A DNA stretch of 61,658 nucleotides, the filler included. It is 5 parts of 5 records of this genome, joined end to end, with 100 filler letters (N's around TTAATTAATTAA, not from the genome) between each part and the next. Parts side by side here need not be neighbours in the genome. Positions count along the whole stretch, not along the records: positions 28,359 to 48,526 come from SRR2962707_2553; positions 48,627 to 61,658 come from SRR2962707_2555; 3 more parts are not named here. One strand, 5' to 3'. Position 1 is the stretch's first letter; each line of letters starts with the position of its first letter. Under the pieces are notes generated by a model. That model saw only the letters and a program-made list of their open reading frames with translations, was not told the origin of the DNA and made no database searches. Positions 43,231 through 53,164 of this stretch are shown in pieces. A program made the translations under genes and the position numbers.

Positions 43231-43246
43231 AGCAAGTTGTATGCCA
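43231..43246 (-). promoter_or_regulatory. Sigma-54 (-24/-12) promoter for the Rieske oxygenase-reductase pair
   Basis: Minus strand TGGCAT-ACAAC-TTGCT, about 45 nt before the ATG. Confidence 0.8.
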
Positions 43247-43399
43247 CCCTTTTTCAAGCCCAGCCTGGCCGTTACAGACCTTTCCCGCATTGACTTAAGT
43301 GGCTGATTTTCGTGGTTATATTAGATGGATTCCGAGTTTATATAGCGGCCATGAAAATGCGGCTTTGAAGGTAAAGCGTGCCACTGGGCAAGGCATCTT

Positions 43400-43412
43400 T
43401 ATGTGGTATGCC
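43400..43412. promoter_or_regulatory. Fourth copy of the putative operator
   Basis: TATGTGGTATGCC, identical to the reverse copy at 35745-35757. Confidence 0.7.
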
Positions 43413-43551
43413 TCTTAGTTGAGCATGAAAGGACGACGATTATCACGCTCTCTCGCCCGTTCTCCCGTCATGTCGCAACCCAGGTTGACAAGCCGAAGGG
43501 CGCTGGTCTTTACTTCTTCTTATTCTCACCAGATATTTCTCCACATTTTTT

Positions 43552-44082
43552 ATGGGCAATTCCTCTAAGACATCCAGGAAAGCGGCCGCCGCTCAACTGG
43601 CCAATGCGGTCGAACGATCCGCCCTGCTTGGCCGTCCGGGTTTTCTTATTCGTCGTTTGCACCAGATCCACTGCGGACTGTTTCTGGATGAAACCCGGGA
43701 GCACAACATCACGCCGGTTCAGTACAGTCTGATGACCACGTTAAGCACCCACGGAGAGATGGACCAGAACAGCCTGGCTCATGAGATCGGCCTGGAACGC
43801 ACCAGCGTGGCCGAGGTGATCCCCCGCTTGGAAGCCCGGGGTTTGCTTAAACGCCGGCAGAGCGACGAGGACCGGCGCTTCAAACTGGTCAAGCTGAGCC
43901 GCAAAGGGGTTTATTTACTGAAAAAGATGGAGCCCGCCGTGCAACGGGCTCACGATCGCACCATCGAAGCCATCCCGAAAGATCAGCGTGATGTCTTCAT
44001 GTTGCAGTTGATCAGACTGGTGGAAGCCAATAACGAAAACGGCAGCGCGCCATTCCGGTTGAGCAAGGGAGGCGACGGATAA
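43552..44082 (+). CDS. MarR-family regulator
   Basis: RPGFLIRRLHQI, ITPVQY, DQNSLAHEIGLERTSV, DEDRR wing motif. Confidence 0.9.
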   Translation: MGNSSKTSRKAAAAQLANAVERSALLGRPGFLIRRLHQIHCGLFLDETREHNITPVQYSLMTTLSTHGEMDQNSLAHEIGLERTSVAEVIPRLEARGLLKRRQSDEDRRFKLVKLSRKGVYLLKKMEPAVQRAHDRTIEAIPKDQRDVFMLQLIRLVEANNENGSAPFRLSKGGDG

Positions 44083-44117
44083 CCGCGCCTTCGATACGCA
44101 GTCACTATCACGATGTG

Positions 44118-44200
44118 CTATGAAGCCACTGCAGGAGCTTGCCTGCAAGCGAATGCCTGAAACGAGGTCCGATTCGCTTGCAGACAAGCTCCTGCAGTGG
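44118..44200. repeat. REP doublet (REPIN-like) downstream of glmS
   Basis: CCACTGCAGGAGCTTGCCTGCAAGCGAAT ... ATTCGCTTGCAGACAAGCTCCTGCAGTGG inverted arms, same family as 7212-7294. Confidence 0.8.
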
Positions 44201-44268
44201 TCTTTTAGCTACCTCCGAATCCCGCTTCCAAAGCCGGCAATGATGGAGCGCGTACGGTGCCGGCGTTA

Positions 44269-46098
44269 TTACTCCACCGTCACCGACTTCGCCAGGTTAC
44301 GGGGCTGGTCCACATCGGTGCCACGCAGTACCGCCACATGATAGCTGAGCAGCTGCAACGGCACGGTATAGACGATGGGAGCGATGATTTCCGGCACCGC
44401 CGGCAGATTGAGCACGTGGATCCCCTCGCCTTCCTTCACATGGGCGTTCTTGTCGGCGAACAGGTACAGCTCACCGCCGCGGGCACGCACTTCCTGCAGG
44501 TTGGATTTCAACTTCTCCAGCAGTTCGTCGTTGGGCGCCACCGCTACCACCGGCATGTCCTTGTCCACCAAGGCCAGGGGGCCATGTTTCAGCTCACCAG
44601 CGGGGTACGCTTCGGCATGGATGTAGGAAATCTCCTTGAGCTTGAGCGCCCCTTCCATGGCCACCGGGAACTGTACACCACGCCCCAGGAACAGGGTGTG
44701 ATGCTTTTCCACGAAGGCCCGGGAGAGCTGCTCGATGGGCTTGTCCAGAGAAGCGGCTTGTTCGATCAGGTTCGGCAATTGGCGCAGCTCGTTGAGAATA
44801 CTTTCGATTTTCTCGTCCTCCATGCCTTTGCGCCGGCCGAGCGCCATTACCAGCATCAACAAAGCGGTCAGCTGGGTCGTGAACGCCTTGGTGGAGGCCA
44901 CGCCAATTTCCGGGCCGGCCTTGGTCAGGAACACCAATTCGGACTCGCGTACCAAAGAAGAGCCGTCCACATTGCAGATCGCCAGCCGGCCCACATAGTT
45001 GCTGGAGTCGGTGTCACGCAAAGCCGCCAGGGTATCGGCGGTTTCCCCACTCTGGGAGATGGTAACGAACAGCGTGCCTTCCGGCACCACGTGCTGGCGA
45101 TAACGAAACTCACTGGCCACTTCCACCTGGCAAGGGATGCCGGCGAGCGCTTCCAGCCAGTAGCGGGCCACCATACCAGCATGGTAGCTGGTGCCGCAGG
45201 CAACGATCTGCACGGTACGCACCTGGTCGAAAATCGCCGTCGCCCGCTCTCCAAAAGCGTCGCTCACGCTTTGTGGTGAGTCGATGCGATCTTCCAGGGT
45301 GCGTTGGATGGCCGCCGGCTGCTCGAAGATTTCCTTCTGCATGTAATGCCGGTATTCGCCTTTTTCCGCATCCTCGTGGGCGCCGTCGAGCTCATGCACC
45401 TCGCGGTTCACTTCGTTGCCATCCGCGTCAAAGATGCGCACGCCTTCGAGTGTCACGTCCACCATGTCCCCTTCACCCAGGAACACGAAGCGATTGGTCA
45501 CCGGCAACAACGCCAGTTGATCGGATGCCACGTAGTTTTCGTCGATACCCAATCCCACCACCAACGGAGAGCCGGAGCGGACCGCCACCAGACGATGAGG
45601 CTCCCGGGCATGGATCACGCCCAGAGCATAGGCGCCCCGCAGCCGCTTGACCACGCTTTGCAAGGCACGGAACAGATCAGCGGTTTCCGCCATGGCGCGA
45701 TGGACCAAATGGACCACCACCTCGGTGTCGGTGTCGGAAGCGAACTGATAGCCTTCGCTTTCCAGTTCCTCGCGCAATTCCTGGAAGTTCTCGATGATGC
45801 CGTTATGCACCAGAGCCAGTTCCTCACCGGACAGGTGCGGGTGGGCGTTTTTCTCGGAAGGGCGGCCATGAGTAGCCCAGCGGGTGTGTGCGATACCGGT
45901 GAAGCCGGAGGCATCGGTTTCACGAACCGCCTGCTCCAATCCGGCCACTTTTCCCTGGCGACGCACGCGCTGCAAACCCTGATCATTGATCAAAGCCACA
46001 CCGGCACTGTCATAACCCCGGTATTCCAAGCGTTTCAGGCCAGTGATCAAAATATTGCTGACGTTGCGCTGAGCCACAGCTCCGACGATTCCGCACAT
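44269..46098 (-). CDS. glmS: Glutamine-fructose-6-phosphate aminotransferase
   Basis: [34 protein letters not shown]-terminal [13 protein letters not shown]. Confidence 0.98.
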   Translation of the reverse strand: MCGIVGAVAQRNVSNILITGLKRLEYRGYDSAGVALINDQGLQRVRRQGKVAGLEQAVRETDASGFTGIAHTRWATHGRPSEKNAHPHLSGEELALVHNGIIENFQELREELESEGYQFASDTDTEVVVHLVHRAMAETADLFRALQSVVKRLRGAYALGVIHAREPHRLVAVRSGSPLVVGLGIDENYVASDQLALLPVTNRFVFLGEGDMVDVTLEGVRIFDADGNEVNREVHELDGAHEDAEKGEYRHYMQKEIFEQPAAIQRTLEDRIDSPQSVSDAFGERATAIFDQVRTVQIVACGTSYHAGMVARYWLEALAGIPCQVEVASEFRYRQHVVPEGTLFVTISQSGETADTLAALRDTDSSNYVGRLAICNVDGSSLVRESELVFLTKAGPEIGVASTKAFTTQLTALLMLVMALGRRKGMEDEKIESILNELRQLPNLIEQAASLDKPIEQLSRAFVEKHHTLFLGRGVQFPVAMEGALKLKEISYIHAEAYPAGELKHGPLALVDKDMPVVAVAPNDELLEKLKSNLQEVRARGGELYLFADKNAHVKEGEGIHVLNLPAVPEIIAPIVYTVPLQLLSYHVAVLRGTDVDQPRNLAKSVTVE

Positions 46099-46117
46099 AA
46101 CGGTCTTACTCCTTGCT

Positions 46118-47485
46118 TCACTGATCCTGTTTTTTTACAGGACGCTGCCAATCCATAATGTTGCGCTGTTTACCACGCGCCACTGCCAGAGCGTTGTCTT
46201 CCACATCCCGGGTAATGGTGCTGCCCGCGCCGATGGTTGCATTTTCGCCAATGGTGACCGGCGCGACCAGTGAAGAATTGGAACCGATGAAAGCGCCGTC
46301 CTTCATGATCGTCTGGTATTTGTTAACGCCGTCATAATTACAGGTGATGGTGCCCGCGCCCACATTCACGCCCTTGCCGATCCGGCTGTCGCCGATGTAG
46401 GTCAGGTGATTTACCTTCGACCCCTCTCCGATGGTTGCTTTCTTGGTCTCCACGAAATTGCCGACCTTCACCTTGGCCGCCAGTTCCGTGCCCGGTCGCA
46501 GGCGGGCAAACGGCCCAACCTGACAATGCTCGCCTACGCGGGCACCATCAATGACAGAGTTGGCTTCAACCACGGTGTGAGCACCGAGATGGGCATCCCG
46601 AATCAGACAATTGGGGCCGATGCGCACGCCGGACTCGATGGTGACCTTGCCTTCCAGGACCACGTTGACATCCATCATCACGTCACCGGCCACCTGGACA
46701 TCGCCACGCACATCAAGACGGGCCGGATCCATCAGCGTGACACCGGCGCGCATCAGCGCTTCGGCCTGGTTCAGTTGATAAACCCGTTCCAGCCGTGCCA
46801 GTTGCACGCGGTCATTGACGCCGTCCACTTCCCACGGAAAAGCGGGCTGGGCGGTTTCCACCGTCATTCCTTTTTCCACCGCCATGGCGATCAGATCGGT
46901 CAGGTAATACTCGCCCTGAGCGTTGTTGTTGGACAGTGCCGGCAGACTTTCCGACAGAAACCCACGGGTACAGGCGAGGATACCGGTGTTGATCTCCGGG
47001 ATGCGTTTTTCGTCTTCGCTGGCGTCTTTCTGCTCAACAATGCGCTGTACCTTACCGTCCTCTCCACGAACGATACGCCCGTAACCGGAAGGGTCGTCCA
47101 TGGTCAGGGTCATCAACGCCAGGGTCCGTTCGTTTACCCGGGCAACGAACTCCCGCAGGGTTTCCGGCCGGATCAGCGGAACATCACCGTAGAGGACCAG
47201 TACCACGTCCTCTTCCAGATAAGGCAGCGCCTGGGCCACCGCGTGGCCGGTGCCGAGCTGTTCAGCTTGTTCCGCCCAGCGCAGGTTGGTCCCCTGCACC
47301 GCTTCGCGCACCTTCTCGCCACCGTGGCCATACACCACCACGGTATTCAACGGGTCGAGCGCCGCCGCCGCGTCGACAACATGCTGCACCATCGGCCGCC
47401 CGGCGATGCCGTGAAGCACTTTGGGGAGGGCGGACTTCATGCGGGTTCCTTTACCCGCGGCAAGGATCACTACCGCTAGGTTCAT
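46118..47485 (-). CDS. glmU: Bifunctional GlcNAc-1-P uridyltransferase/acetyltransferase
   Basis: [24 protein letters not shown], hexapeptide repeats, GNFVETK, CNYDG. Confidence 0.97.
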   Translation of the reverse strand: MNLAVVILAAGKGTRMKSALPKVLHGIAGRPMVQHVVDAAAALDPLNTVVVYGHGGEKVREAVQGTNLRWAEQAEQLGTGHAVAQALPYLEEDVVLVLYGDVPLIRPETLREFVARVNERTLALMTLTMDDPSGYGRIVRGEDGKVQRIVEQKDASEDEKRIPEINTGILACTRGFLSESLPALSNNNAQGEYYLTDLIAMAVEKGMTVETAQPAFPWEVDGVNDRVQLARLERVYQLNQAEALMRAGVTLMDPARLDVRGDVQVAGDVMMDVNVVLEGKVTIESGVRIGPNCLIRDAHLGAHTVVEANSVIDGARVGEHCQVGPFARLRPGTELAAKVKVGNFVETKKATIGEGSKVNHLTYIGDSRIGKGVNVGAGTITCNYDGVNKYQTIMKDGAFIGSNSSLVAPVTIGENATIGAGSTITRDVEDNALAVARGKQRNIMDWQRPVKKQDQ

Positions 47486-47549
47486 GTCTGTTCCGGGCTC
47501 CATAACGGGGTCGAAAGGGTGTTTATCCTATCCCTCGACCATTGCAAAT

Positions 47550-47581
47550 AAAAAAAGGGCGGCACATGGCCACCCTTTTTT
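47550..47581 (-). terminator. Probable terminator after the atp operon
   Basis: AAAAAAAGGGCGGC-ACATG-GCCACCCTTTTT hairpin with A/T tracts on both sides. Confidence 0.7.
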
Positions 47582-47613
47582 ACATCTCTTTGAAAATGGT
47601 GCCACCGCAAGTG

Positions 47614-48039
47614 TTAGCGCTTCGCCATTTTCTTGATCTGCTCAATGGTCCGCAGGCGGGCGGAGGCCTCCGCCAGAACAGCGGCGGCACGGGTGTAATC
47701 CATTTCCGAGTTCTTCCCTTCCAGCGCTTCCTTGGCACGCTGTCTGGCTTGCTCCGCCTGGGCACCGTCCATATCCTGGGCGCGCTCGGCGGTGTCGGCC
47801 AACACCGTCACCAATTTCGGCTGGACTTCCAGGAAGCCACCGGATACGTAGAACACTTCTTCCTCACCGTTCTGCAGCTTCACTCGCACCGGGCCTGGCT
47901 TGAGGCGGGTCAGCAACGGAGCGTGGCCGGGCAGAACACCCAGATCACCTTCGACACCAGCCGCCACCACCATCTCCACCAGACCGGAGAAGAGTTGCTT
48001 TTCGGCACTCACAATATCGCAATGCACGGTCATCGCCAT
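47614..48039 (-). CDS. atpC: F1 ATP synthase epsilon subunit
   Basis: [31 protein letters not shown]. Confidence 0.97.
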   Translation of the reverse strand: MAMTVHCDIVSAEKQLFSGLVEMVVAAGVEGDLGVLPGHAPLLTRLKPGPVRVKLQNGEEEVFYVSGGFLEVQPKLVTVLADTAERAQDMDGAQAEQARQRAKEALEGKNSEMDYTRAAAVLAEASARLRTIEQIKKMAKR

Positions 48040-48060
48040 TTCGGTTCCTCCCCGTGCAGG

Positions 48061-48526
<466 letters not shown>

Positions 48527-48626
48527 NNNNNNNNNNNNNNNNNNNNNNNNNNNNNNNNNNNNNNNNNNNNTTAATTAATTAANNNNNNNNNNNNNNNNNN
48601 NNNNNNNNNNNNNNNNNNNNNNNNNN
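48527..48626. other. Artificial contig linker
   Basis: N-run + TTAATTAATTAA + N-run. Confidence 0.98.
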
Positions 48627-48889
48627 GTCGCCAACAGGTCGAAACACTCTGCCCTTGGGGTGTATAAAAAAATTTTTCGTTGTCAGGTTTTTGAGGCCAA
48701 ACTGATCAGCCCCACTTGAGTGATCCGACTTGAATGTGAGTGAATGATCGGCCTCAGCGTGTCTTAATAGGCAGCATGTGAAAGACAAGCTGAACAATGC
48801 AGTCGCAATAATGATCGGGCATCAAATGGACATATCAGGATGTTTGCCCGACACGGTTTAGGAGCCTGCCGTGCATCAATGACTTGGCT

Positions 48890-50119
48890 TCAACCATCGA
48901 CGGCTGGGGTCGGTCGGCCGGACATGAGGTTGGCCAGAAGTTTCCCCGTGCCACAAGCCTGGGTCCAGCCGTTGGAACCGTGGCCAAGATTGAGCCACAG
49001 CCCCTCGGGGCCGCGCCGCTCGACGATGGAGGGACCATCCGGAGTCATCGGGCGGAAGCCATGCCAGGTCTCGGCTTCAGAATAGTTGCCCCCTCCGGGA
49101 AAGAGTGCGCTGACGCGGGACCGGAGAGCGTCGAACACGGGTGTGGGCATAGAGGTGTCGAACCCTGCGAGTTCAGCCACGCCGGAAGCGCGGATACGGT
49201 TGCCCAGGCGCGTAATCATGACTTTGGAATGCTCATCCATGACAGACGAACGCGGGGCGCGTGATGGATCCTCGATCTTGCAGGTCAGCGAATAGCCTTT
49301 CATCGGGTAAATCGGAAGTTTGACGCCGAGCGGCCTGAGCAGATCATGCACCCAAGGTCCCGTCGCGACCACCACGGAATCAGCCTCAAAAAGACCTGCG
49401 TCCGTGGAGACCCCCGTCACGTTGGCAGCCGCAGTCCGTATGTTTTCGACCCTGACACCGTAGTGGAATTGCACGCCCTTCTGGGCAGCTAGGCGCGCCA
49501 GTGCGCGGCAAAAGAGGTGGCAGTCGCCGGTCTCATCCGTCGTCAAATGTAGTCCGCCAGAGAACTGCAGATCAGACGATCCGAGTGCGGGTTCGATCCC
49601 GGCGAGATCTTCGGGAGCGATAAGACGGTGGGGAATGTCGAGGCTCTCAAGCACGCTTGCGGAGCGTTTGCCGCCCTCTGCTTCTTCCTGCGTGGAAAAA
49701 AGCTGCAAGATACCATCGGTTCCCTGATCATAGCTGATGCCGGTTTCTTCCCGCAAGTCTTGCAGGCAGGCTTTCGAGAAATGCGCGACGCGTTGCATGC
49801 GGGATTTATTGGTCCGGAAACGCCCAGAGGTACAATTGCGAAGGAACTGGCCCAGCCAGAGCCATTGCTGTGGGTCCCATCGCGGCCGGATCTTCAGTGG
49901 CGCTTGCTCAGCAGTCATCCAACGCAGCGCCTTGAGTGGCATCGAAGGCGTGGCCCAAGGGCCAGCGAAGCCAGGGCAGACACCGCCAGCATTGCCAAAG
50001 CTCGTGCCCATTCCCGGTCCATCGAGCCGCTCTAGAACCGTGACGTCGTGGCCATCTTTCGCAAGATACCAAGCGCTTGTGATACCCACGACGCCTGCGC
50101 CAACGACTACGATCCGCAT
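48890..50119 (-). CDS. D-amino acid dehydrogenase (DadA-like)
   Basis: VVGAGVVG, TSFGNAG, DETGDCH, IYPMKGYS, GFRPMTPDG, GHGSNGWT. Confidence 0.88.
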   Translation of the reverse strand: MRIVVVGAGVVGITSAWYLAKDGHDVTVLERLDGPGMGTSFGNAGGVCPGFAGPWATPSMPLKALRWMTAEQAPLKIRPRWDPQQWLWLGQFLRNCTSGRFRTNKSRMQRVAHFSKACLQDLREETGISYDQGTDGILQLFSTQEEAEGGKRSASVLESLDIPHRLIAPEDLAGIEPALGSSDLQFSGGLHLTTDETGDCHLFCRALARLAAQKGVQFHYGVRVENIRTAAANVTGVSTDAGLFEADSVVVATGPWVHDLLRPLGVKLPIYPMKGYSLTCKIEDPSRAPRSSVMDEHSKVMITRLGNRIRASGVAELAGFDTSMPTPVFDALRSRVSALFPGGGNYSEAETWHGFRPMTPDGPSIVERRGPEGLWLNLGHGSNGWTQACGTGKLLANLMSGRPTPAVDG

Positions 50120-50133
50120 ATCGACCAATCCAC

Positions 50134-50913
50134 TTAATAGGTGCCCGGATAGGATCCGCCGTCGATAAGCAGATTCTGTCCAGTCACAAAGCTTGAATGC
50201 TGACTACACAGGAACGCGAACCAAGCGCCAATTTCCTCTGGTCGACCATAGCGACCCGCCGGATTTGCATCGGCGCGCGCCTGCCAGATCTCATCGAAGC
50301 TGGGTCCGTTCGGGGTCAGCATTCCCTCGATATGTTCACGCTGCGCATCGCTGGCAATAATACCGGGAAGCAGGTTGTTGATGGTCACGCCACTGCGAAT
50401 AGACTGTCGGGCAAGACCGGCGGTAAAACCGACAAGGCCCGCGCGCGCGCCATTCGAAAGCCCCAGTTCCAGTTGCGGGATCTTTACCGAGCGCGAGGCG
50501 ATATTGACGATCCGCCCCCAGCGCCGCTCCATCATGCCGTCGACAACGGCGCGCATCATGAGGATCGGCGGGATCATCATCAAATCTACCGCCGATACCC
50601 ACTCATCACGGTCCCAGTCACGAAAATCACCCGGTGCCTTGCCGCCTGCGTTGTTCAGTAGAATATCGGGGTCTGGACAGGCTGAAAGTATTTTGTCGCG
50701 TCCTGCCTCCGTGGTCACATCAGCAGTGACTGTGTGAACACTAGCCTCCGTCTCTCTGCGGATTGCTTCAGCGGCCTCTTCGAGCGGGCCGGTGCTGCGG
50801 GCACAGATCGTGATTTCGCAGCCCTCACGCGCGAGCGCCTCGGCGCAGGCGCGCCCCATTCCGCGACTTGCCCCGGTCAAGAGGGCGCGTTTGCCAGAAA
50901 TTCCAAGTTCCAT
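50134..50913 (-). CDS. Atypical short-chain dehydrogenase/reductase (BKR-like subgroup)
   Basis: TGASRGMG, NNAGG, GRIVNI; LSNGAR in place of YxxxK; TGQNLLIDGG. Confidence 0.85.
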   Translation of the reverse strand: MELGISGKRALLTGASRGMGRACAEALAREGCEITICARSTGPLEEAAEAIRRETEASVHTVTADVTTEAGRDKILSACPDPDILLNNAGGKAPGDFRDWDRDEWVSAVDLMMIPPILMMRAVVDGMMERRWGRIVNIASRSVKIPQLELGLSNGARAGLVGFTAGLARQSIRSGVTINNLLPGIIASDAQREHIEGMLTPNGPSFDEIWQARADANPAGRYGRPEEIGAWFAFLCSQHSSFVTGQNLLIDGGSYPGTY

Positions 50914-53156
50914 TAGATATCCTCAAATTTATTCATTGGCTGCACCTGAACCAAGGCACTCAAGGCCGCGCAAGCCTGCCCGAGGCGCGACGTTCCCTGA
51001 TCCAGAGTCAGAACATTCGGATTCCCGTTTTGCTCCACCCCTGATGTCTCATCAGGCGCGAACCAGGCGCCGGTCGGCACCACGAGAACGCCCGGGCGAA
51101 CACCATCATCGATCCGCGCAGTGACACGACATCGCCCGCGGTCGTTAAAAATTTCCACCGTATCGCCATCGCCAATGCCAAGACGAGCAGCGTCCGCTCG
51201 AGCGATCTGGCAGGGCGCGGGAGATTGCGTCCCGACTTGCCAGAGTTGGCTGTGAAGCTGCTTTGGCGGCTGATTTGTGACGAGGTGGAATTGCTCAGTC
51301 CCAGCGGTGCCCAACCATTCACGTGGCGCGATCCATGTTGGATGAGCAGGGCAGTCCGCATAGCCAAAACCGGCAATTGTCTGCGATGTCAGTTCGATCT
51401 TTCCAGAAGGCGTCGCCAGCGGGTTGGCCTCAGGATCGGAGCGGAAGTCTTTCAGCAGCACCTCCGGGCTCTCGGGTGTCGGGAGACGAACGTAACCGAA
51501 GTTTCGAAGTCCTTCGAAGTCCGGCAATTCCACGCCCTCGCGCGCAGCCTTTGCCTGACTGCCCGCCCACATGCGCGCAAGCCAGCCGTTATCGTCCAAA
51601 CCTTCATCCAGCGTTTCGCGGCACCCAAGACGATCGGCAAGCGCACGAAAAATATCAAAATCATTGCGGGCTTGCCCAACCGGCGCGATCAGCTGAGGCA
51701 TGAAAAAAACATAGGGATCGCGGGATGTGCCGCCGATATCATTGCGTTCGAAGGTCGTCGTGGCCGGAAGGACGATATCGGCCCGGCGCGCGGTCGGCGT
51801 CCACCAGGGATCCTGAACGATCACAGTTTCGGGGCGCGCCCATGCACGCTCGACACGGGACAAGTCTTGGGCGTGGTGGAACGGATTGCCGCCCGCCCAA
51901 TAGACGAGGCGGACATCCGGATAGGTGATCTTCCGACCGTTGAAATCGATGGCCTTGCCCGGGTGGAGAAATGCGTCGGCGAAACGGGCGACCGGGATCG
52001 CCGTTCCCTTATTCGCAAGCCCGGGCATCGCGGGCACATATCCTTTTCGGGCATCGCCACCCACCGCGTTCATCGAGCCGTAACCGAAGGAAAAGCCGCC
52101 TCCGGGCAAACCGATCTGGCCCAACATGCTCGCCAGCGCGATCAGCGCCCAGAATGGTTGTTCGCCGTGATCCGCGCGCTGCAAGGCCCATGCAGCGGTC
52201 AACATGACCCGACCCGTAGAGATTGCATTCCAAAGCGCCCGCAATTCGGCGACGGGCACATCCGCAAGCTCGGCGGCCCAGGCGAGCGTTTTGGGCTGTC
52301 CGTCAATGGTTCCGCGCAGATAGTCGAGGAAGGCCTCGGCTCCGGTTGTGAAACGGTCGAGAAATGCCGTGTCAGCACGTTTCGTCACCAGCGCTTCATG
52401 TGCCAATGCGAGCATGATTGCGGTGTCAGAACCGGGGCGCGGGCGGATCAGTACTGCGTCTAGGCCGGGCGGCACGTCTTCGGCGTTTGGCGATAGGACA
52501 AAGAATTTCACTCCACGCGCCTGTGCGCGGGCCACTGTGTCTGGCAGACGGAATTCGCCAGCACCGCCAGAGCTTATGCGCCAGTTCTTCGGGTTCAGCC
52601 CACCAAATGCCACGACCACGTCGCCGTGTTCTGCAATGCTTTGCCAAGAGGTCGCGGCGCTTGACACGGCATCGGCATTTCCAAGCACATGCGGCAGAAT
52701 TGCGTGGGCCGCGCCCCAAGAGTAATTCGAGATTTGGTCGGTGAACCCGCCAGCCGCGGCAAGAAAGCGACGGACTTGACTGCGCGCATGATGCAAGCGA
52801 CCAGCAGAGGACCAGCCATAAGACCCACCAAAAATCGCTGTAGGCCCATAGGTGGTCCGCACCCGGCTGAGCTCAGAAGCAACAAGGTCCAAAGCTGTGT
52901 CCCAGTCCACCGGAACCATTTCGCCGTGCCCACGCCCGGTGTTCCCGGTTGCGGTGGAACTGCGTTCCAACCATGCCCGGCGGACATGCGGTCTGTCGAT
53001 CCGCAGCGGCGAGTTTACCCAGGTCGGCAGGGCGCCGATCATATCGGGATCGGCGCCACTGCCTGGAAGCGGGCGCGCCGCTACCAGACGCCCGTCCGAA
53101 ATATCGGCTTCAAAGGCACCCCAGTGGCACAGGCTGATGCCTTTGGTGACGGTCAT
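50913..53156 (-). CDS. Cytoplasmic bis-MGD molybdoenzyme, BisC/DMSO-reductase type S/N-oxide reductase
   Basis: CHWGAF N-terminus with no Fe-S motif and no Tat signal; GSYGWSSAG (Tyr/Trp); NYSWGAA (Ser ligand); WAGGNPFHH, ADIVLPATT, LHSQL. Confidence 0.88.
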   Translation of the reverse strand: MTVTKGISLCHWGAFEADISDGRLVAARPLPGSGADPDMIGALPTWVNSPLRIDRPHVRRAWLERSSTATGNTGRGHGEMVPVDWDTALDLVASELSRVRTTYGPTAIFGGSYGWSSAGRLHHARSQVRRFLAAAGGFTDQISNYSWGAAHAILPHVLGNADAVSSAATSWQSIAEHGDVVVAFGGLNPKNWRISSGGAGEFRLPDTVARAQARGVKFFVLSPNAEDVPPGLDAVLIRPRPGSDTAIMLALAHEALVTKRADTAFLDRFTTGAEAFLDYLRGTIDGQPKTLAWAAELADVPVAELRALWNAISTGRVMLTAAWALQRADHGEQPFWALIALASMLGQIGLPGGGFSFGYGSMNAVGGDARKGYVPAMPGLANKGTAIPVARFADAFLHPGKAIDFNGRKITYPDVRLVYWAGGNPFHHAQDLSRVERAWARPETVIVQDPWWTPTARRADIVLPATTTFERNDIGGTSRDPYVFFMPQLIAPVGQARNDFDIFRALADRLGCRETLDEGLDDNGWLARMWAGSQAKAAREGVELPDFEGLRNFGYVRLPTPESPEVLLKDFRSDPEANPLATPSGKIELTSQTIAGFGYADCPAHPTWIAPREWLGTAGTEQFHLVTNQPPKQLHSQLWQVGTQSPAPCQIARADAARLGIGDGDTVEIFNDRGRCRVTARIDDGVRPGVLVVPTGAWFAPDETSGVEQNGNPNVLTLDQGTSRLGQACAALSALVQVQPMNKFEDI

Positions 53157-53164
53157 GGCGTGAC

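Noticed and set aside
44201-44268. Tn7 right end at attTn7
   Set aside because: No TGT terminus, TnsB-site repeats or tns genes are visible.
48700-48745. Possible IS3-family terminal repeat remnant (TGATCAGCCCCACTTGAGTGATCC)
   Set aside because: Only a loose resemblance from memory, with no transposase ORF or partner repeat in the window.
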